DNA of 64,000 bases from Chiloscyllium plagiosum (taxonomy: Eukaryota), in the NCBI RefSeq assembly GCF_004010195.1, contig NC_057720.1, positions 4,971,776 through 5,035,775 on the forward strand. Reading direction: 5' to 3'. The notes below the pieces were generated by a model. That model was not told the DNA's origin. It saw only the letters and a program-made list of their open reading frames with translations, and did no database searches. Every line of letters starts with the position of its first letter. Within the stretch, counting starts at the first letter, position 1. Of the stretch, positions 60,951-64,000 are shown in pieces. Both the position numbers and the translations under genes were made by a program.

Positions 60951-61345
60951 TTCAATATGATCACGGCTGATCATCCAACTCAGTCCCCAGTTCCCATACA
61001 CTTTGATCCCTGCAGTCCCAAGAACTGTATCCAACTCCTTAACATTTTTTTGACCTCAATCACTTTCTGTGGCAGAGAATTCCACATTTGTCTTCATCTC
61101 AGTCCTTAATGGCCTACCCCATATCCCTAAACTGTGACCCCTAGTTTTAGACTCCCTAGTCATTGGAAACATCCTGCTTTATCCTGTCTAGTCCCATTAG
61201 AATTTTATAGGTTTCGATGAGATCCCCCTCATTCCTCCAAACTCTGGTGAATATAACCCTAACCAATCCAGTCATTGGTCAGGAATCAATCTGGTCAACC
61301 TCCCTCCATCGCCACAACATCTTCCCATAGATAAGGAGATCAAAA
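60951..61345 (-). mobile_element. CR1 3' fragment (its tail starts near 59980)
   Basis: cttcatctcagtcct, gagatccccctcattcct motifs. Confidence 0.8.
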
Positions 61346-61538
61346 CGGCTCACAACATTCCGGAACATCCCGGGCTCCCCCTTGAACCCGAGGCAGTCTG
61401 GAGGGGTCTTTCTGTGAGGATTAAGGCGGGGCACACGCAATGTCCAATGACAAGGTGAACAGGTTCATTTAAAAACTGTGCATGACTCCTGAAGGTGAGC
61501 CCTCTCCCCGCCTAATCAGCTCATTCCACATTGCACCT

Positions 61539-61638
61539 TGTAACCGGGTAACCCCCCCACCATAACAGCCCCCTGTACCCAGGTAACCCCCTCCCCCACT
61601 ATAACAGCCCCCTGTAACCAGGTAAACTCCCACCATAA
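61539..61638 (+). repeat. Imperfect tandem repeat, about 2.7 units of 35-39 bp
   Basis: tgtaaccgggtaaccccc..ccataacagccccc repeated. Confidence 0.8.
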
Positions 61639-61829
61639 GTAACCAAAAATAAAACCCAACATATACAATAGAAAAAAATATATGGAATCAACACCTAACA
61701 CAGTCCAAATAAATCAACTCCCAGTCATCAGGAGCGTTGCAATACACAGGAAGCATCAAAAAGCTGACTACCAACTTCCCTAGGGTGAACTGGATGGCCA
61801 CAAACATCCTTTACAAATTGCAGCTTGAA

Positions 61830-62215
61830 CAAAGAATTTCACATTTAGCCACATCGTACTGTACCTGTCAGGCGTCTGCCCGCTCTACTTACCTGTCTAA
61901 ATCACCCTGAAGCCTCCTGCATCCTCTTCACAATCCTACCCCATTCGGTGCCATCAGAATATTTGGAAATGTTGTCTTTGGTTCCCTCACCCAGGGCATT
62001 AACAGCTGAGGCTTAAGCACTGATCCCTGAGGCACACCACTCATCACTGCCTGCCACTCAGGAGAAGGCCTGTTGATTCTTACTCCCAGTCTCCTGTTTG
62101 TCAGCATTCTCATTCCATGCCAATATATCATCCCTGTTCCATGTGCTTTAACTTTGCCCACGAACTTATGATGGACCTTGTCCAAACCTTTTGAAAATTC
62201 AAATACACCGCATTA
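61830..62215 (-). mobile_element. CR1 RT fragment
   Basis: DKVHH..KVKAHG, SGVPQGSVL. Confidence 0.8.
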
Positions 62216-62494
62216 GTTGGGCCCTAGTCCACACCTACCCTCCAAACAGCATCCCAGTCTGTCACGTGGCCTCTTGTTTGTTTGACCCATAACAATAAAT
62301 CTGTGTCATCAGTCCTTTTGCTCGTGATTGCCTTAATTTACTTGTAATGGAATATTTACATGGAATACACGCCGTCTGTGCCTATCTCATCTCTGAAGTT
62401 ACATCACTGTTCAGCGTCTTTTTGTCTCTGACCTTTTGCCCGCAGTCTGTCTAGCCCAGCTCTGTTCCTGCCCCATTGAAGTCTGCTCACTTCT

Positions 62495-62702
62495 GGGTCG
62501 GGAGTGTGGGGCTGGAAAAGAACAACAAGTCAGGCAGCAGCCAAGGAGCAGGAGAATCAATGTTTCGGGCATAATCCCTCCTGATGAAGAGCTTATGCCC
62601 GAAATGTCAATTCTCCTACTCTTTGGGTGCTGCCTGACCTGCTCTGTTTTTCCAGCACCAAACTCTCAACTCTAATCTCCAGCATCTGCAGACCTCACTT
62701 AC
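62495..62702. mobile_element. PLE mini-element family A, fold-back, hammerhead motif at 62581-62608 (+)
   Basis: CTGATGA-A-GAGC-TTAT-GCCC-GAAA-TG-TC; inverted arms. Confidence 0.8.
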
Positions 62703-63899
62703 TCATTACCCTTACTCTGAACTGACCAATGCCATTGTCCTAAATCTTTTAATACAATGATCACTGTTCCCTAAAAACTCGCTCACTGTCACTTGATCCA
62801 TTTGGCCCATTTCATTCCAAAGATCTAAGTTTGGCTGTGCCTCCTTTCTTATTGGACTGGAGGCACATTGCTGCAGAAAATTCTCCCGAATGCAGCCTAG
62901 AAAAGCTCATCCCTTACACTACACTATCCGGGTATAAAGGTGAATGAAGTGCTCCATCATAACGTCTCTGACGTTTGCACTTCTTGGTAATTTCCTTCCT
63001 CTATATCCTTTGTACTGGGTGGTGCTTCAGCTATTACACCGAGCAACATAATTATACCCTTCTTACGCTTGACTGTAGCCAAGTAGGATGGTAACCACTG
63101 AGCCACCCTTTCTCCTTTAAAAGAGGAAAGCTCAATTTGATGAAAGCGTCACCATAACAACTGCACAGGAACGGATCTGGAGAGCATTGAATTCTTGGCA
63201 CCTTTCCCGTTCAGGATGACTAACTGCGATTGTGATGCGATTAGATTAACCAGGGTTATTCAGGCAGAGGAAACCACCAGTTCAGACTTGACAGCCTCTT
63301 CTGCGTTGGAACGATCGATACCGTGGGATTGGCAAGGGGAAGGAGCTGTAGCTATGGGATTCTTCAGCCCCCACAGAATAACATATGGAATGGGAGCAGG
63401 AGTAGGCCATTCAGCCCCTCAAGCCTGCCTCATCATCCAATAATATCATGGTTAATCTGCCCCAGGCCTCAACTCCTCTCTCAAGTGTCAACTCAGTATC
63501 ACCGTCAACTCCCTGATATTGCAAAAATCTGTATAGATCCAGCTTGCATTATCTGACATCACTCATCCAGGCTCAACTGCTGCGCACAACCCTCTCCATG
63601 CCCTCACTCCCCTCCTCACCTCAGCTGGAGTACTGGGTACAGTTGTACATGCTACATTTATAGGAAAGATATTAATAATGCATTGGAGACACCATAAGAA
63701 CAGGAGGAGGCCATTCAGCACTTTGAGCGTGCTCAATCATTCAATAGGATTGTGGCTGATCTGACATTCCTCACACCCATTCTCCTGCCCTGTGTAGCCC
63801 CAGATTCCATCAAGAATCTATTTATCTCAGCCTTCAATATACACAAGGACTCTGCCCTCGCAGCTCTCTGTGCCAAGGAGTTCCAAAAGGCTTATAATT

Positions 63900-64000
63900 G
63901 GATGTGAGTTTGCTTGCTGAGCTGGAAGGATCATTTTCAGATGTTTCGTCACCATGGTGACGAAACATCTGAAAATGAACCTTCCAGCTCAGTGAGGAAA
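63900..64000. mobile_element. PLE family-C fold-back palindrome, cut by the window edge
   Basis: Loopless centre caccatggtg (63950-63959); arms of at least 46 bp; matches 32108-32160. Confidence 0.8.

Overview
Vertebrate genomic DNA, almost certainly from an elasmobranch (shark): it is saturated with HE1-type V-SINEs and HER1/CR1 LINEs. Most of the window is decayed retroelements: several CR1 subfamilies (one near full length with an ORF1 esterase), a second CR1/L2-group LINE with its own partner SINE, Rex1/Babar, solo LTRs, a Tc1/pogo-like MITE, DeuSINE relics and Penelope-like elements (PLEs). There are two assembly gaps. Nearly all ORF-track entries are repeat-derived or spurious. The window lies inside the introns of an unidentified minus-strand gene. 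I find four phase-compatible coding exons (59029-58891, 27463-27360, 19585-19504, 2838-2751) plus a 17-nt stop-carrying micro-exon candidate (16243-16227). The most striking non-genic signal is a set of PLE-derived mini-elements from four sequence families that carry minimal hammerhead-ribozyme motifs (CUGANGA-N-stemII-GAAA-CG-UH). Many are about 130-200 bp insertions with 11-16 bp target-site duplications, and many are fold-back palindromes that turn around inside the ribozyme itself. Repeat boundaries are read by eye and are approximate (about +/-20 bp) unless exact junctions are quoted.
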